Counted from the first letter of the stretch, positions 24,843 through 34,116 are shown. The stretch: DNA of 34,116 nucleotides from a virus (IMGVR_UViG_3300022930_000218:1-34116); one strand, 5' to 3'. Numbers and translations: made by a program. The notes: generated by a model from the letters alone, not told the origin.

Positions 24843-25007
24843 GCCTATTTCATTGGCCCAAACCTGCAAAATATCGCTACTCCTGGCTAGGGTACAGGGT
24901 ACGTGTTTTGCTTACCCTACAGGCCACGGAAACCGGGTATCCAAAGTACCAAACCAGGCAAACGTCAGATGTTTTCAACACAAACAATCAAAAAGGATAA
25001 ACAACAT

Positions 25008-25196
25008 ATGAATACGCCACTACTCGAAAGGCACTTGGCGATGCTTCAAATTAAACATTATCTATCATTGCACCATTCAGCAATTTCAGTTGGCGACAAA
25101 GTCGAAGCCCGCAGAACCACCGACATCATCGACAAATTGACAACTGAGTACGGTGTGTCAGCGCTTTATGAAGCTCAGGAGAATTCAAATGAGTAG
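25008..25196 (+). CDS. Hypothetical protein (62 aa)
   Basis: AAGGA RBS before ATG 25008. Confidence 0.6.
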   Translation: MNTPLLERHLAMLQIKHYLSLHHSAISVGDKVEARRTTDIIDKLTTEYGVSALYEAQENSNE

Positions 25197-25428
25197 TACT
25201 AGTCTAGATTATTTTACGGCTGGCCTCGCAAAAGCATTTGAACGACGACGTGCAATGCAACAACAAACAAAACAACATCTGGTACAAGTACAGAGCGCTG
25301 ATAGCGTTGAGGGTGATGCAAATACTATCACCACCTTTAACAACACCATCACTAAGCTCAGTGAGGAACAATATAAACAAACCATCGTAAATACGACGAT
25401 CGCACTTATTCACAAAAGGAAAAATTAA
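25189..25428 (+). CDS. Hypothetical protein (79 aa)
   Basis: AGGAG RBS before ATG 25189; overlaps the previous stop. Confidence 0.55.
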   Translation: MSSTSLDYFTAGLAKAFERRRAMQQQTKQHLVQVQSADSVEGDANTITTFNNTITKLSEEQYKQTIVNTTIALIHKRKN

Positions 25429-25429
25429 A

Positions 25430-25906
25430 ATGACTGACAAGATTAAAATTAGCGGCGTACCACCAAAATGGGATGGTGCTGAGTTCGAAGCTCGTGTTGA
25501 TAGCTGGGTTAACGTCTACAGGGGTACTACGCAGAGTATGGACCATGTACGGTCACCATTAACTCATGATTTTCTGGAGCTGGTAGCTTCGAAAGTAGCA
25601 GAGGGTTACACAGTGGCTCGTAATCAAGCAGTCACACACGAAGCACTCAATCATTCGTGCTGGATGATCAAGCCCGAATCACACCAGCAAAAAGATATTG
25701 ATGACATTCGAATTCGAGTCAAAGCTGAATATGTTGAATTCCTACAAGGTGAGCATGTCCGATATCAAGAATTGCTACGTCAACAACTTATCCAAGCAGC
25801 GGAAGCGAAAGAACAGAAGAAGCTCGATGATGCTCGCAATAAGCGACTGCTAGAAATCGACAAAGAGGTAAGCGACACCTATTCCCCACTTTTTATTCCG
25901 GGGTGA
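25430..25906 (+). CDS. Hypothetical protein with C-terminal coiled coil (158 aa)
   Basis: AAGGA RBS; clean ORF followed by a terminator. Confidence 0.78.
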   Translation: MTDKIKISGVPPKWDGAEFEARVDSWVNVYRGTTQSMDHVRSPLTHDFLELVASKVAEGYTVARNQAVTHEALNHSCWMIKPESHQQKDIDDIRIRVKAEYVEFLQGEHVRYQELLRQQLIQAAEAKEQKKLDDARNKRLLEIDKEVSDTYSPLFIPG

Positions 25907-25993
25907 TCCAATGACAGACGCCGCAATCTATACCGGTCAAAAGCTTCCATAACGGCTTTACAGGGCGCTCCCCAATGCGATCCTTCACATCAT

Positions 25994-26030
25994 AGCCCCG
26001 ACAGCTTTCCTAGGCCGTGCGGGGCTTTTT
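25994..26030 (+). terminator. Intrinsic terminator closing the small-gene operon
   Basis: AGCCCCG...CGGGGCT TTTT. Confidence 0.7.
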
Positions 26031-26147
26031 CGGGCTCTCAAGAAAGGCATGAGGTCGGCACGGATAGCATCTCGTTCACAATCGTTTGCTCACCGTTAAC
26101 AAAGACGCAGAAACATGTGTAAACCGAGCAAGCAAAAGCGAAATTGA

Positions 26148-26176
26148 TTGACAAACAATAATCATTCGCGTATAAA
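26148..26176 (+). promoter_or_regulatory. Near-consensus sigma70 promoter
   Basis: TTGACA-N17-TATAAA. Confidence 0.75.
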
Positions 26177-26344
26177 GCTGGCCTATCAAGGGCACACACA
26201 AGCATCAACGTAAGCCTCATGCACTCATCTGGCTCATCCCAGATCAGGATCGCATGGGTTTTTGTGTGTCTGCAATTTGTATAACCCACTGGCAGCCACC
26301 TAGAGGAATTGCCTATAAAACAAACTTATAAAGGAGAAACAACA

Positions 26345-27148
26345 ATGAGCACAATAGAACAACAAGCTGTCGAGCTACGCCAAGCAGGAGTGTCGATCGC
26401 TAATATCGTGCAGGCAACCGGATTGACAGACTATAAAGTCAAGAGCCTGACCAAGGGAATCCAAAGGCTTAGTCCAATCAACACACCATTTGCCAAATCT
26501 GTAGAGCGCGTGCTTCCCCTATCTGCAAGGCCGCATGGTATCCGCGATTACGAACTACGCGACATCTTGCACCAAGAGTATGGCAGCACTTGGGATACCA
26601 CCACCGGCCAGTATGTCAGCAAATATGATAGCAGCGTCATCAAGCGCGTTAGAGAAAGGGTGCGACTCCTTGCAGCACAAGAAGATTGCAATGCACTTTT
26701 CGTGATGGATTGGGTTAATGAGGAAGCACCCACTGCGGGCAGGGAGCTTCTTGAAGCCTTTGCTGTCGACCTAATGAGCTTCGTTGAAAGTTGCGCAAAC
26801 GAGTACATGGAACACCACGCTACGCGCTGGAGAGAAGACAGCAAGGAAGCCGACCTTGCCCAACGCAAGCAACTGTATGCGGTACGGCGACACCTGCTGA
26901 AGCTGGCATTCCAAGGCTATAGCAAGGAACCACTGGATATGTTGCTGGAACGCTCGTTAGCTCTCACTGATGCACTTGAGGGGACGCGTGATGTACTCAT
27001 ACCGCAGTCACTTGCAAATAAGAGGCTTGGTGGTGAGTCAGATACAGACGCTCTGAAATATTACCCTGAGCCGTCCCGCACTGACGCGTTCCTTGACTTC
27101 GCTGAATCCCAGGGTTGGCTGGGAGAGGTTGAAAGCAGATTTGTGTAA
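26345..27148 (+). CDS. N-terminal HTH protein (267 aa), candidate replication/DNA-processing protein
   Basis: AAGGAG RBS; QAVELRQAGVSIANIVQATGLTDYKVK HTH; function inferred only from context. Confidence 0.75.
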   Translation: MSTIEQQAVELRQAGVSIANIVQATGLTDYKVKSLTKGIQRLSPINTPFAKSVERVLPLSARPHGIRDYELRDILHQEYGSTWDTTTGQYVSKYDSSVIKRVRERVRLLAAQEDCNALFVMDWVNEEAPTAGRELLEAFAVDLMSFVESCANEYMEHHATRWREDSKEADLAQRKQLYAVRRHLLKLAFQGYSKEPLDMLLERSLALTDALEGTRDVLIPQSLANKRLGGESDTDALKYYPEPSRTDAFLDFAESQGWLGEVESRFV

Positions 27149-27162
27149 CACCCTCAGCAAAA

Positions 27163-27572
27163 TCGCTGGCTCACGCCCACCATACTATAGAGCCAGCGAA
27201 GGGCGAGATGGTATGGAGCAAAGCGGACCGTTGAATAGAATATTCTGTGGTTACTAACACAGGCAAGATGTTAGTGAGATAAGAAATGAGAGAGGGGACG
27301 GCCCCTCGAAAAAGAAAGTATTGTCTTAAAGAATAATACTCTGTCATACATGACAGGAAGTATCTATTCTGAGTAAACTCAGGAGAAGATCAAAAGCGGG
27401 AGAGGTTTACCACCTCTTCTCCCTAAGAGCATTCACTCCTACGTCGCTCACTGCTGACACGTTCTGTATTGAAGAGTTAAAACTCTGTAAGCCATTCCTG
27501 ATTGTCAATCAGAGATGTTTGCAATCTTCTGTGTGCACACAGAACAATTAGATGTTGCTGTGCATCGCACAG
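27163..27572. repeat. Non-coding cluster of ~12 short inverted repeats (candidate origin or structured element)
   Basis: e.g. TCGCTGGCTC/GAGCCAGCGA, CTGTCATACATGACAG, CTGAGTAAACTCAG, CTGATTGTCAATCAG, TTCTGTGTGCACACAGAA, CTGTGCATCGCACAG. Confidence 0.85.
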
Positions 27573-27616
27573 AAGACGACACTACGGATTCCTAGCCTTT
27601 AAACAAGTCTGAATAG

Positions 27617-27988
27617 CTAGACATCAAGGTCTAATTTACTACCACAATGCTTGCACTTAATAGCCTCCGCTCTTACAGGCTCAGCACAAAACTGGCACTT
27701 CTTCATGCCTCCATAACTTCCAATATCAGGAGCCATTTGCTCTTTGTTCTTAGCCATTATCGCCCAAAAAAAACCAACAACTGGACAGAGGAAAGCAATA
27801 ACCCACATTGCAAGCGGCTTAGCATCCATATTATTTCCTAGAGAATAGGAAGCTATCATCATCAGCGGTATCGCAGGGGCTGCCATAGAGAAGAAGAGAA
27901 GTAAACCAGAGCGTCCTTTTTTGTTTGCAATAAACGAGATAAGAACGCAAAGAATGACAAACGTAATAAGCCAGTGTACAGATTCCAT
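27617..27988 (-). CDS. Membrane protein with C-terminal zinc ribbon
   Basis: Three hydrophobic segments, IANKKGRSG, KKCQFCAEPV..EAIKCKHCGS. Confidence 0.85.
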   Translation of the reverse strand: MESVHWLITFVILCVLISFIANKKGRSGLLLFFSMAAPAIPLMMIASYSLGNNMDAKPLAMWVIAFLCPVVGFFWAIMAKNKEQMAPDIGSYGGMKKCQFCAEPVRAEAIKCKHCGSKLDLDV

Positions 27989-28336
27989 TTAAACTATCCT
28001 GAGTTAAAAATAGTATGTGTGTCGCGCTACACTTCGACCGAACTAAGAGCTCCTAGTTATGCTGAGGGTTTCTTTTCACTTTGTAATAATGGACTGCCAG
28101 CATTTTGTTTACCTGTGTAGGGTTCTAGGGAGCGTCCCACACATCACTATCTGCGATTGACCCGATGCTTGCCATCAAGTAAGCAGATACTGGGCGGCGG
28201 TGAACAGCGTGATCATCCAAGGCTTTATCAGGGGTAAAAGTGAATCCCCATTAGCAGGGATGATCGCATCAATGGCTATTACAAACGCTAAATTTTGGCA
28301 CAACAGCTGTGAGTTCTATACTCGCCTATGAGCCAA

Positions 28337-28798
28337 CTATGAGCTAGCGGTATCCTTCTGTGCTTTCATACACTTCTCGTGCTGGCCCTCAGCAAACTCA
28401 TGAGCAATAAGACCCGCACGCTCTGAGCTCACAACGTCTACCATATAGGCTTCATCGATAAGCTTGTATTGTCTTAAACGGCTGTTAACGTTAGTTATAT
28501 TACGATCCACCATTTCTTTCAGTTTATGTTTGGGTGTGGAGAACTGGCGAAGCTCCATTGTGTTATACGCGTGATAACGAATTGCGTCGCACAGTGCTGC
28601 TACGGCTTCGGCTTCAGATTGAGCGCCCTGAGCTTGACTGACATACATACCAAGACCGCACAGCACCACACCCGCAGATACGTAGAGCTTTTTGATTACT
28701 CTCCGACAAACCTCGGTATCAACAGCCATTTTCTCTTTGATTGTAGCTACCCCAAAAAGTCCAGAAACCATCACCACGCAGGGGATATTGATCTTCAT
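28337..28798 (-). CDS. Hypothetical exported protein (start uncertain)
   Basis: Signal-like segment, then C...A...M..RQ...AY...F....C helical pattern. Confidence 0.65.
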   Translation of the reverse strand: MKINIPCVVMVSGLFGVATIKEKMAVDTEVCRRVIKKLYVSAGVVLCGLGMYVSQAQGAQSEAEAVAALCDAIRYHAYNTMELRQFSTPKHKLKEMVDRNITNVNSRLRQYKLIDEAYMVDVVSSERAGLIAHEFAEGQHEKCMKAQKDTASS

Positions 28799-28914
28799 GC
28801 TTTTACCACTCCAAATTTACTTGCCCTCGAAATCAGCGACTTATCACGTCCTTTCACTGACCAGCAGCGATCAGCCTCCGTCATGACCTGAATGATGCCA
28901 TGCTCTCAACGTAA

Positions 28915-28932
28915 TTCACAATATATTGTGAA
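28915..28932. promoter_or_regulatory. Perfect 18-bp palindromic operator between divergent genes
   Basis: TTCACAATATATTGTGAA upstream of the XRE regulator. Confidence 0.75.
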
Positions 28933-28985
28933 GACCTGCCCCCACCGACACGCGACAGTCCCCACAAAATCAAAGGGGATACGGT

Positions 28986-29234
28986 TTGGACATAGGTCTA
29001 GCGTTCGGGAAAACTCTTCGCAAGAGAAGAAAAGAGGCAGGATTCACCCAGGAGCAGTTAGCGCTTGAAGCTGACATCCAACGAAATTACGTCAGCCTAA
29101 TTGAGCGCGGCGTGAATCAGCCAACCATAACGATCATTTTTAAGCTCGCAGGGGCTTTAGGGTGTACTCCTGCCTCCCTAGTCGAAGATGTGCAGATGCA
29201 GGTGGACTCAGGCTCACAGAGCCATTGCGATTGA
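28986..29234 (+). CDS. XRE-family HTH regulator (C-protein-like)
   Basis: FGKTLRKRRKEAGFTQEQLA.EADIQRNYVSLIERG..QPT; AGGGG RBS with TTG start. Confidence 0.92.
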   Translation: MDIGLAFGKTLRKRRKEAGFTQEQLALEADIQRNYVSLIERGVNQPTITIIFKLAGALGCTPASLVEDVQMQVDSGSQSHCD

Positions 29235-29579
29235 TCCATGCATCCATCAGGTATCTAGATGCAGATCAACGGCAAACAAGCTTTGCACATTCACTTCACG
29301 CAGTGTTGACGTAGAATCCAACAACCTCTTGACACTCGATAGTTATCAGGAGCGGTATCAGGATCATCGCCACATCATCAAACTTGAATTTGCGCGCCCA
29401 TCTCCGCTACAGGTGGCATTCCATATAGGGGTGATGCCATTTTCGGCTAAGCAGGATTTCACTTTCTCTCCCGAGATCACACGGCAGTGAATCCATTCGG
29501 TTGAAAACTGGCAATAAAAGCCTAGCTCTCAACCGAAATTATATATTCGTCCGGCTATCACCATTAAAAGACAATAAAA

Positions 29580-30410
29580 CTATTCCTTTTTCAAATCTTT
29601 CATGACATCACCATACCCAGCTTCCATCACGGCCCATTGACGTTCTAATTGCCGTTGAAGGTCTGCCACATCACAGGCAATGCCAAGGTCCCCGCGTATG
29701 GCTACCATAACCTTCAATTGAACCTTAGATAGTTCTCTCATCTCAGGGAACAGCATTGTGCTATATTCGCACAATCCAACATTAAGCGCCTCGTAAGCAA
29801 CCGCTCGTGCATCTGCATACTGCCGAGCCTGACTGGAGTTAAATTCGTATGAGCTTTGAAGACTCTGAAACGCCACTTCATCTTGCCGCCCCTCCTCATT
29901 TAACTTGTTCATACCCCGTATTACTCTAGAAACCTCAGCAGAGGAATCCTCATGTAATGAATTATTAATCTCAATATCTACTCTTGCAGCATGTATAACT
30001 GTAAGTGGAGGCAGTAGCTTTAAAAACAACGCTCCAAGCTCAACACCGAAATCACCCGCCAATATTGAAGTTTTAGATTCGGCAACCAGCTTTAACCTTG
30101 CTATCGACCCGGTAATTGCCTGAAGCTCTGACATTAGATTTAAATTAGCAAGATCGCGACTAGGCAAGTTGCCGATATGAAGATTTGCAACTTCAATATC
30201 TTCATACGCTTTTAAGTAAACCTCACGCCTAAGATTGTTGATTCTCTCTTTGGACTTCTCGCTTGCGTCATGATCAAGTTGTAGCTTGAGGCGACTGGCA
30301 TTACTTTTATTTGAAAGCATCACTCCAAATAAAGTTATGCCTGATGCAACGATTGCCGACCAAATAACATCTGGAACTGATTTTAAAAAACAAATAACAT
30401 CCGAAAACAT
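29580..30410 (-). CDS. Hypothetical protein, N-terminal TM plus helical/coiled-coil body
   Basis: AAGGAA RBS; VIWSAIVASGITLFGVML TM; 50 bp downstream of the FRG gene. Confidence 0.8.
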   Translation of the reverse strand: MFSDVICFLKSVPDVIWSAIVASGITLFGVMLSNKSNASRLKLQLDHDASEKSKERINNLRREVYLKAYEDIEVANLHIGNLPSRDLANLNLMSELQAITGSIARLKLVAESKTSILAGDFGVELGALFLKLLPPLTVIHAARVDIEINNSLHEDSSAEVSRVIRGMNKLNEEGRQDEVAFQSLQSSYEFNSSQARQYADARAVAYEALNVGLCEYSTMLFPEMRELSKVQLKVMVAIRGDLGIACDVADLQRQLERQWAVMEAGYGDVMKDLKKE

Positions 30411-30460
30411 GCGCCGTTCCTTTTTTCCGCTGTGTGGGGCTTTTGACTACATCCTCTAAC

Positions 30461-31372
30461 TCAATCATTGTAATTTTGATGATATTCATCAAGCGCTGAT
30501 TGAGACAGTCTTACACCAGTTTCGACGTTCACCCAGTCCCTCACCTTCCTTGCCACACCATGATAGCCCGGAAACAGTGTAGAGCCATCAACTCCAAGTT
30601 TTGAGCAAAGGTCTAGTAACTCTGGCGCTTCACTAACTGGCAATGTCATTTTCATGAGTGCCCTAGAGCTTTCGACGTATATTTCACCCACCTCTTCAAG
30701 TGCTTCAACTTTGTACACGTCCCGAATATCGTAGGTAGTAATGTTGTGTGTAGTGAACAATCCAGATTGAGCCGCTTGATTCTTACTAGTTCCACCGGGG
30801 GTCTTAATTACTTGTACCGTTTTCCAGTTATCCGAAAAGGTCGTATCAAGCGCCCAAACTGCTAGTTTTGCATCACCTCTCTCAAGCTCGAAGTTTGCCG
30901 AGGACGCAGCAAAATAGCAGGCTACAAAGCTTCGCTCTGTCCAGTCCAGCAGCCTCGTTGGCACATCATAGTGCTGTGCAACAGCCATAATTTCATAAAG
31001 CATTGCAGGCGGCCAAGACTCGCCAGTCTCGAAATAATTGTCGTAGTAGAACGAATCAGATAACGCGCTTTTAATTTGTGCGCTATAGCCGGGCAATGTT
31101 AATCCTGCCCGGTCACAGCCAAGCAGAAATTCTTTGAGAACCGCATATTCGAAGGAAACCTGACCTGAGCTTGTTTCGTCAAATACTCTCCTTGGGGAGC
31201 CATGAGCAAACGAACCTGCACCTCGCCGACAGACAGAGGGCGTCAATGAGTATCCATCGCTTGGCTGACCTCGAAAGATGTAACCGCTCTTCCTCCAGTC
31301 GGGGTTCAACGGAGAAACATAGTTCAGCAGATCAAGTGCTTTGGTAAAAGGTATTTCAATCGGACTACCCAT
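30461..31372 (-). CDS. FRG-domain protein
   Basis: YIFRGQ....L.PS, AQHYDVPTRLLDWT, A.YFA, AQSGLF, LFPG. Confidence 0.93.
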   Translation of the reverse strand: MGSPIEIPFTKALDLLNYVSPLNPDWRKSGYIFRGQPSDGYSLTPSVCRRGAGSFAHGSPRRVFDETSSGQVSFEYAVLKEFLLGCDRAGLTLPGYSAQIKSALSDSFYYDNYFETGESWPPAMLYEIMAVAQHYDVPTRLLDWTERSFVACYFAASSANFELERGDAKLAVWALDTTFSDNWKTVQVIKTPGGTSKNQAAQSGLFTTHNITTYDIRDVYKVEALEEVGEIYVESSRALMKMTLPVSEAPELLDLCSKLGVDGSTLFPGYHGVARKVRDWVNVETGVRLSQSALDEYHQNYND

Positions 31373-31574
31373 CGCTCCACCTCTTCATTCAATGATGATC
31401 GTAGTGTACCGCCGTTGCCCACCATCGAGATGCCACTACCGGGTGTCAATGTCGTCTCAGGGTGTTCCATGCTGATGATGAACAACAGGCGCGGACGACG
31501 ACAACACGCTCATTTTCAAATGAAACCCGCCCTATCAGTGACAACCACAGCCTGCCAGTTACCGGAGTGTCATT

Positions 31575-31705
31575 ATGGGTGTACATCAGGCACTACAGAA
31601 TAGGTGTACATAAAGTAACCAGAACAATCCTTAAAAGAGGGTGAATGTCGTTATTGACACACCCTACGTGACACAGCATAATGTGACACATCCTAAATGA
31701 TACGA
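31575..31705 (+). promoter_or_regulatory. Probable res site with overlapping resolvase promoter
   Basis: GGTGTACAT x2, TGACACA x3; TTGACA(31654)-N17-CATAAT. Confidence 0.65.
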
Positions 31706-31717
31706 CGGGGCTTCAAC

Positions 31718-32344
31718 ATGTTTATCCGTGCATACCTTCGGGCTTCAACCTCAGAACAAGATGCATCGCGTGCCAAGTCAGCCCTTGTATCATTCGCTGA
31801 AGCCAATGGTCACAAGATCGCTGCTTTCTACATTGAGAACGAATCGGGCACGAAGCTGGACCGTCCTGAGTTGTTCCGTCTACTGGAAGACAGCCATGAA
31901 GGCGACGTGTTGCTGATTGAAGGTGTGGATCGCCTGTCCCGGTTGTCACAAGAAGACTGGGCAACACTGAAAGCCAAGATCGCAGCGAAGAAAGTAACAG
32001 TGGTGTCCGTTGACCTGAGTACAAGTCACGCAGCATTGAAACCAGCCGAAGGTATGGATGACTTCACAAAGGGAATGATCGCAGCAGTCAATGGGATGTT
32101 GCTCGACATGCTGGCTGTGGTCGCCCGTAAAGATTATGAAGACCGTCGTCGTCGTCAGGCTGAGGGTATCGCCAAAGGTAAGATTGAAGGTGTATACAAA
32201 GGTCGTCAGGTGGACACAGAACTGCGCAATCGCATCACAATCCTGCTGAATGATGGTAAGAGCATTCGTACAATTGCTGGCATTTTGGATTGCAGCACAA
32301 CCACAGTCCAGAAAGTGAAGGCCACCCTCAACACAGAGTTTTAA
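31718..32344 (+). CDS. Small serine recombinase (resolvase) with C-terminal HTH
   Basis: YLRAST.EQ, ESG...DRP.L, VDRLSR, YKGR, GKSIRTIA...CSTTTV. Confidence 0.95.
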   Translation: MFIRAYLRASTSEQDASRAKSALVSFAEANGHKIAAFYIENESGTKLDRPELFRLLEDSHEGDVLLIEGVDRLSRLSQEDWATLKAKIAAKKVTVVSVDLSTSHAALKPAEGMDDFTKGMIAAVNGMLLDMLAVVARKDYEDRRRRQAEGIAKGKIEGVYKGRQVDTELRNRITILLNDGKSIRTIAGILDCSTTTVQKVKATLNTEF

Positions 32345-32568
32345 CCAAACCTCACAGGATCAGACGACAAAGCCGGGTGAGGTAGCGCATTCGCGCTCGG
32401 TTAAACCTTCCTATACACGATCCTACGCAGCCTCATACGTCACCTCAGACAGCCTGTCGGATTGCTACATTGTTGGACGGGGGTGGTCTGCCAAAAGAGC
32501 TAGGGCGTTAAACCCATCAGACCTATCTCCACTGCCCTACAACCCACACAAGGATTTCATCACCTTGT

Positions 32569-34116
32569 TCATAGGGATTCGACTTGATTTCCCGATTCTG
32601 AAAATACAGAAATTGGGTTTTTTAGGGACGGGAGTTTGGTGATTGCTGCTAGTTTCTGTGCTGTGCTCGCTCCCTTCGAATAAACGTCATGTGTCACTGA
32701 GCCCGTTTCATGTCCAACCAATTCCTTGGCCAAGGCATCCGGCACATCTGCCCTGACCAATTCAGTGATCACGGTATGTCGAAAGCTGTGGAAGACGTGA
32801 AGCTTGCTGAAGCCTGCTGCTGTACGCAGTCGGCCAAACGCCTTGGATATCGCGTGGGAGCGTTTGCCGTAGTGGTCGTGTGAGCTGGTGGGGATTAGGA
32901 AGGTATCAGTACTTTCTTCGCACAGGCGGTCAATGGTAGTGGTCAGGCTCGGATGGATTGGCACCACACGCTTGCTCGCCTTGCTCTTGCTCTTCGGAAA
33001 GTCGAAGCAGCGGATGCCGTCAACAGTGATCACGCTGTCTTTGTTCAATCGACATAATTCTTCGATCCTGGCCCCGGTGTACCAGCCCAATGCGATGAGG
33101 TCTGAAAGCGGTTTATCCCCGTTGTCCAGTGCTGCTTGGTGCAGCTTGAGGGTATCAGCACGCGTGTATATTTCCCTGTCTATGCCTGCTGTCTCGGAGC
33201 CTCCGCCCTGTGGCAGATCGTGGCCAATGAATGGATTCACCTTGTCCTTGTATTCTTCACGCCAAGCCGCATCGTACTTGATCGCCCACTTCCAGAACGC
33301 AGTGCCAGCCATGAGGTACTGACCTAACGTAGCTGGTGCACGATCCAGAGATTTCAACCATTCGTCTACAGTATCGAAGTTGAGTGGCAGTGCTTCTTCT
33401 TTGAGGAAGTCCGACAAACGCTCCATTTTGCCCACTTGCTGATCGACGTGCTTTGGAGCACCACCACGACTCTCCCTGAATTCTCGATAAGTTTTCAGGC
33501 GAGCGGGGGTGATGGGTGACTTCGGTTTGTAGACGGCTGGGTCTAGGGCTATCGCTTTCGCTTCGGCTGTCTCAGTCGGGCTCAGATCATAGTGTGATGC
33601 GGTCACCATCATCATGAGTTCGCGGTTGACTTCGGCAGCATGTTGCACCCGCTCTATTGGGGTAGCGGGCATTTTTGCTCGGCTTCTTTCGAGAAAATCT
33701 ACAACGCCCAGCACCCCGAGAGCTTCCAACCGATGTGCCGACGCGTAAAGATCGACAAGAGTCTTTTCCCTTCCGGCTTCATTTTCCTCGGGAGAAAGCT
33801 CGTTGATTTTCTTAGAGGGTCGCTTTGCAACCTCCATAAAACGCGTACCAGTATGCGCATCGACTTCGGTGCTCCATTCGGCTAACTCGGGACGCCAATT
33901 CTCTTTTCGAATCTGTGCCTCTGCTCTGGCTGCTGCAATCTTCGCCTTCCACTCGGTGAGGAATGGCAATCGAGCGTCCATTGCTTCCCTGCGGAGTCCA
34001 GTTTTCAATGACCGGATAAAGACCTTGGCCCTCAACACTCGCTGTACATCCGACGGAATAGCCATCTTCACATACCATGTGGATTCACCTTTCTTTTGAA
34101 TCAGGTTGTCTGCCAT
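32569..34116 (-). CDS. int: Tyrosine recombinase/integrase with DUF6538-like N-terminus
   Basis: WYVKMAIPSDV...SLKT N-terminus; catalytic TGAR, K, HSFRH, GH, Y; ATG at the window end. Confidence 0.95.
   Translation of the reverse strand: MADNLIQKKGESTWYVKMAIPSDVQRVLRAKVFIRSLKTGLRREAMDARLPFLTEWKAKIAAARAEAQIRKENWRPELAEWSTEVDAHTGTRFMEVAKRPSKKINELSPEENEAGREKTLVDLYASAHRLEALGVLGVVDFLERSRAKMPATPIERVQHAAEVNRELMMMVTASHYDLSPTETAEAKAIALDPAVYKPKSPITPARLKTYREFRESRGGAPKHVDQQVGKMERLSDFLKEEALPLNFDTVDEWLKSLDRAPATLGQYLMAGTAFWKWAIKYDAAWREEYKDKVNPFIGHDLPQGGGSETAGIDREIYTRADTLKLHQAALDNGDKPLSDLIALGWYTGARIEELCRLNKDSVITVDGIRCFDFPKSKSKASKRVVPIHPSLTTTIDRLCEESTDTFLIPTSSHDHYGKRSHAISKAFGRLRTAAGFSKLHVFHSFRHTVITELVRADVPDALAKELVGHETGSVTHDVYSKGASTAQKLAAITKLPSLKNPISVFSESGNQVESL

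Larger units (their letters stand above)
21690..34116. mobile_element. Second integrative island (satellite-like), extends right of the window
   Basis: Starts at the att core; sharp GC drop; tyrosine integrase and resolvase at the far end; accessory cargo. Confidence 0.85.

Noticed and set aside
16787-32344. Invertase-driven tail fibre switching by the serine recombinase
   Set aside because: The fibre flanks are direct, not inverted, repeats; there is no alternative fibre end; the recombinase belongs to the other element and has its own res-like site
21909-32510. Scattered CGATCCTACG and TAGGG(N)CGT-like motifs (21909, 25958, 28124, 32418, 32500)
   Set aside because: Too short and degenerate to distinguish from chance without statistics

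Overview
The window holds two mobile elements sitting in tandem at a tRNA-Ser 3' end; the att sequence and gene families point to a Pseudomonas host. (1) 1-~21713 is the right arm of a lambda-like siphovirus prophage. It encodes tail terminator, major tail protein, a G/GT chaperone pair joined by a GGGAAAC -1 frameshift, tape measure, M, L, K, I, J, a tail fibre module, endolysin and two spanins, and a LexA-boxed SRAP operon. It ends at a 3' tRNA-Ser fragment (att). Between K and I lies a ~4.3 kb array of nine accessory genes, including a Panacea antitoxin-toxin pair, an orphan RelE/YafQ-like protein, a cupin and a lipoprotein. This array is built from re-used intergenic parts: terminator/promoter/RBS repeats and a ~60 bp divergent-promoter repeat carrying CTG-N10-CAG boxes. 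(2) ~21690-34116+ is a lower-GC island with no capsid, primase or conjugation genes. It carries an inward-pointing tyrosine integrase, a serine resolvase with a res-like site, and a cluster of small unknown genes. It also has an HTH gene flanked by a structured leader and a ~410 bp palindrome-dense region (candidate rep/ori), and defence-like cargo (HEPN-motif protein, FRG protein, membrane proteins). This island looks like a satellite or integrative element that I cannot assign to a described family. All family assignments come from motif recognition, not database searches.
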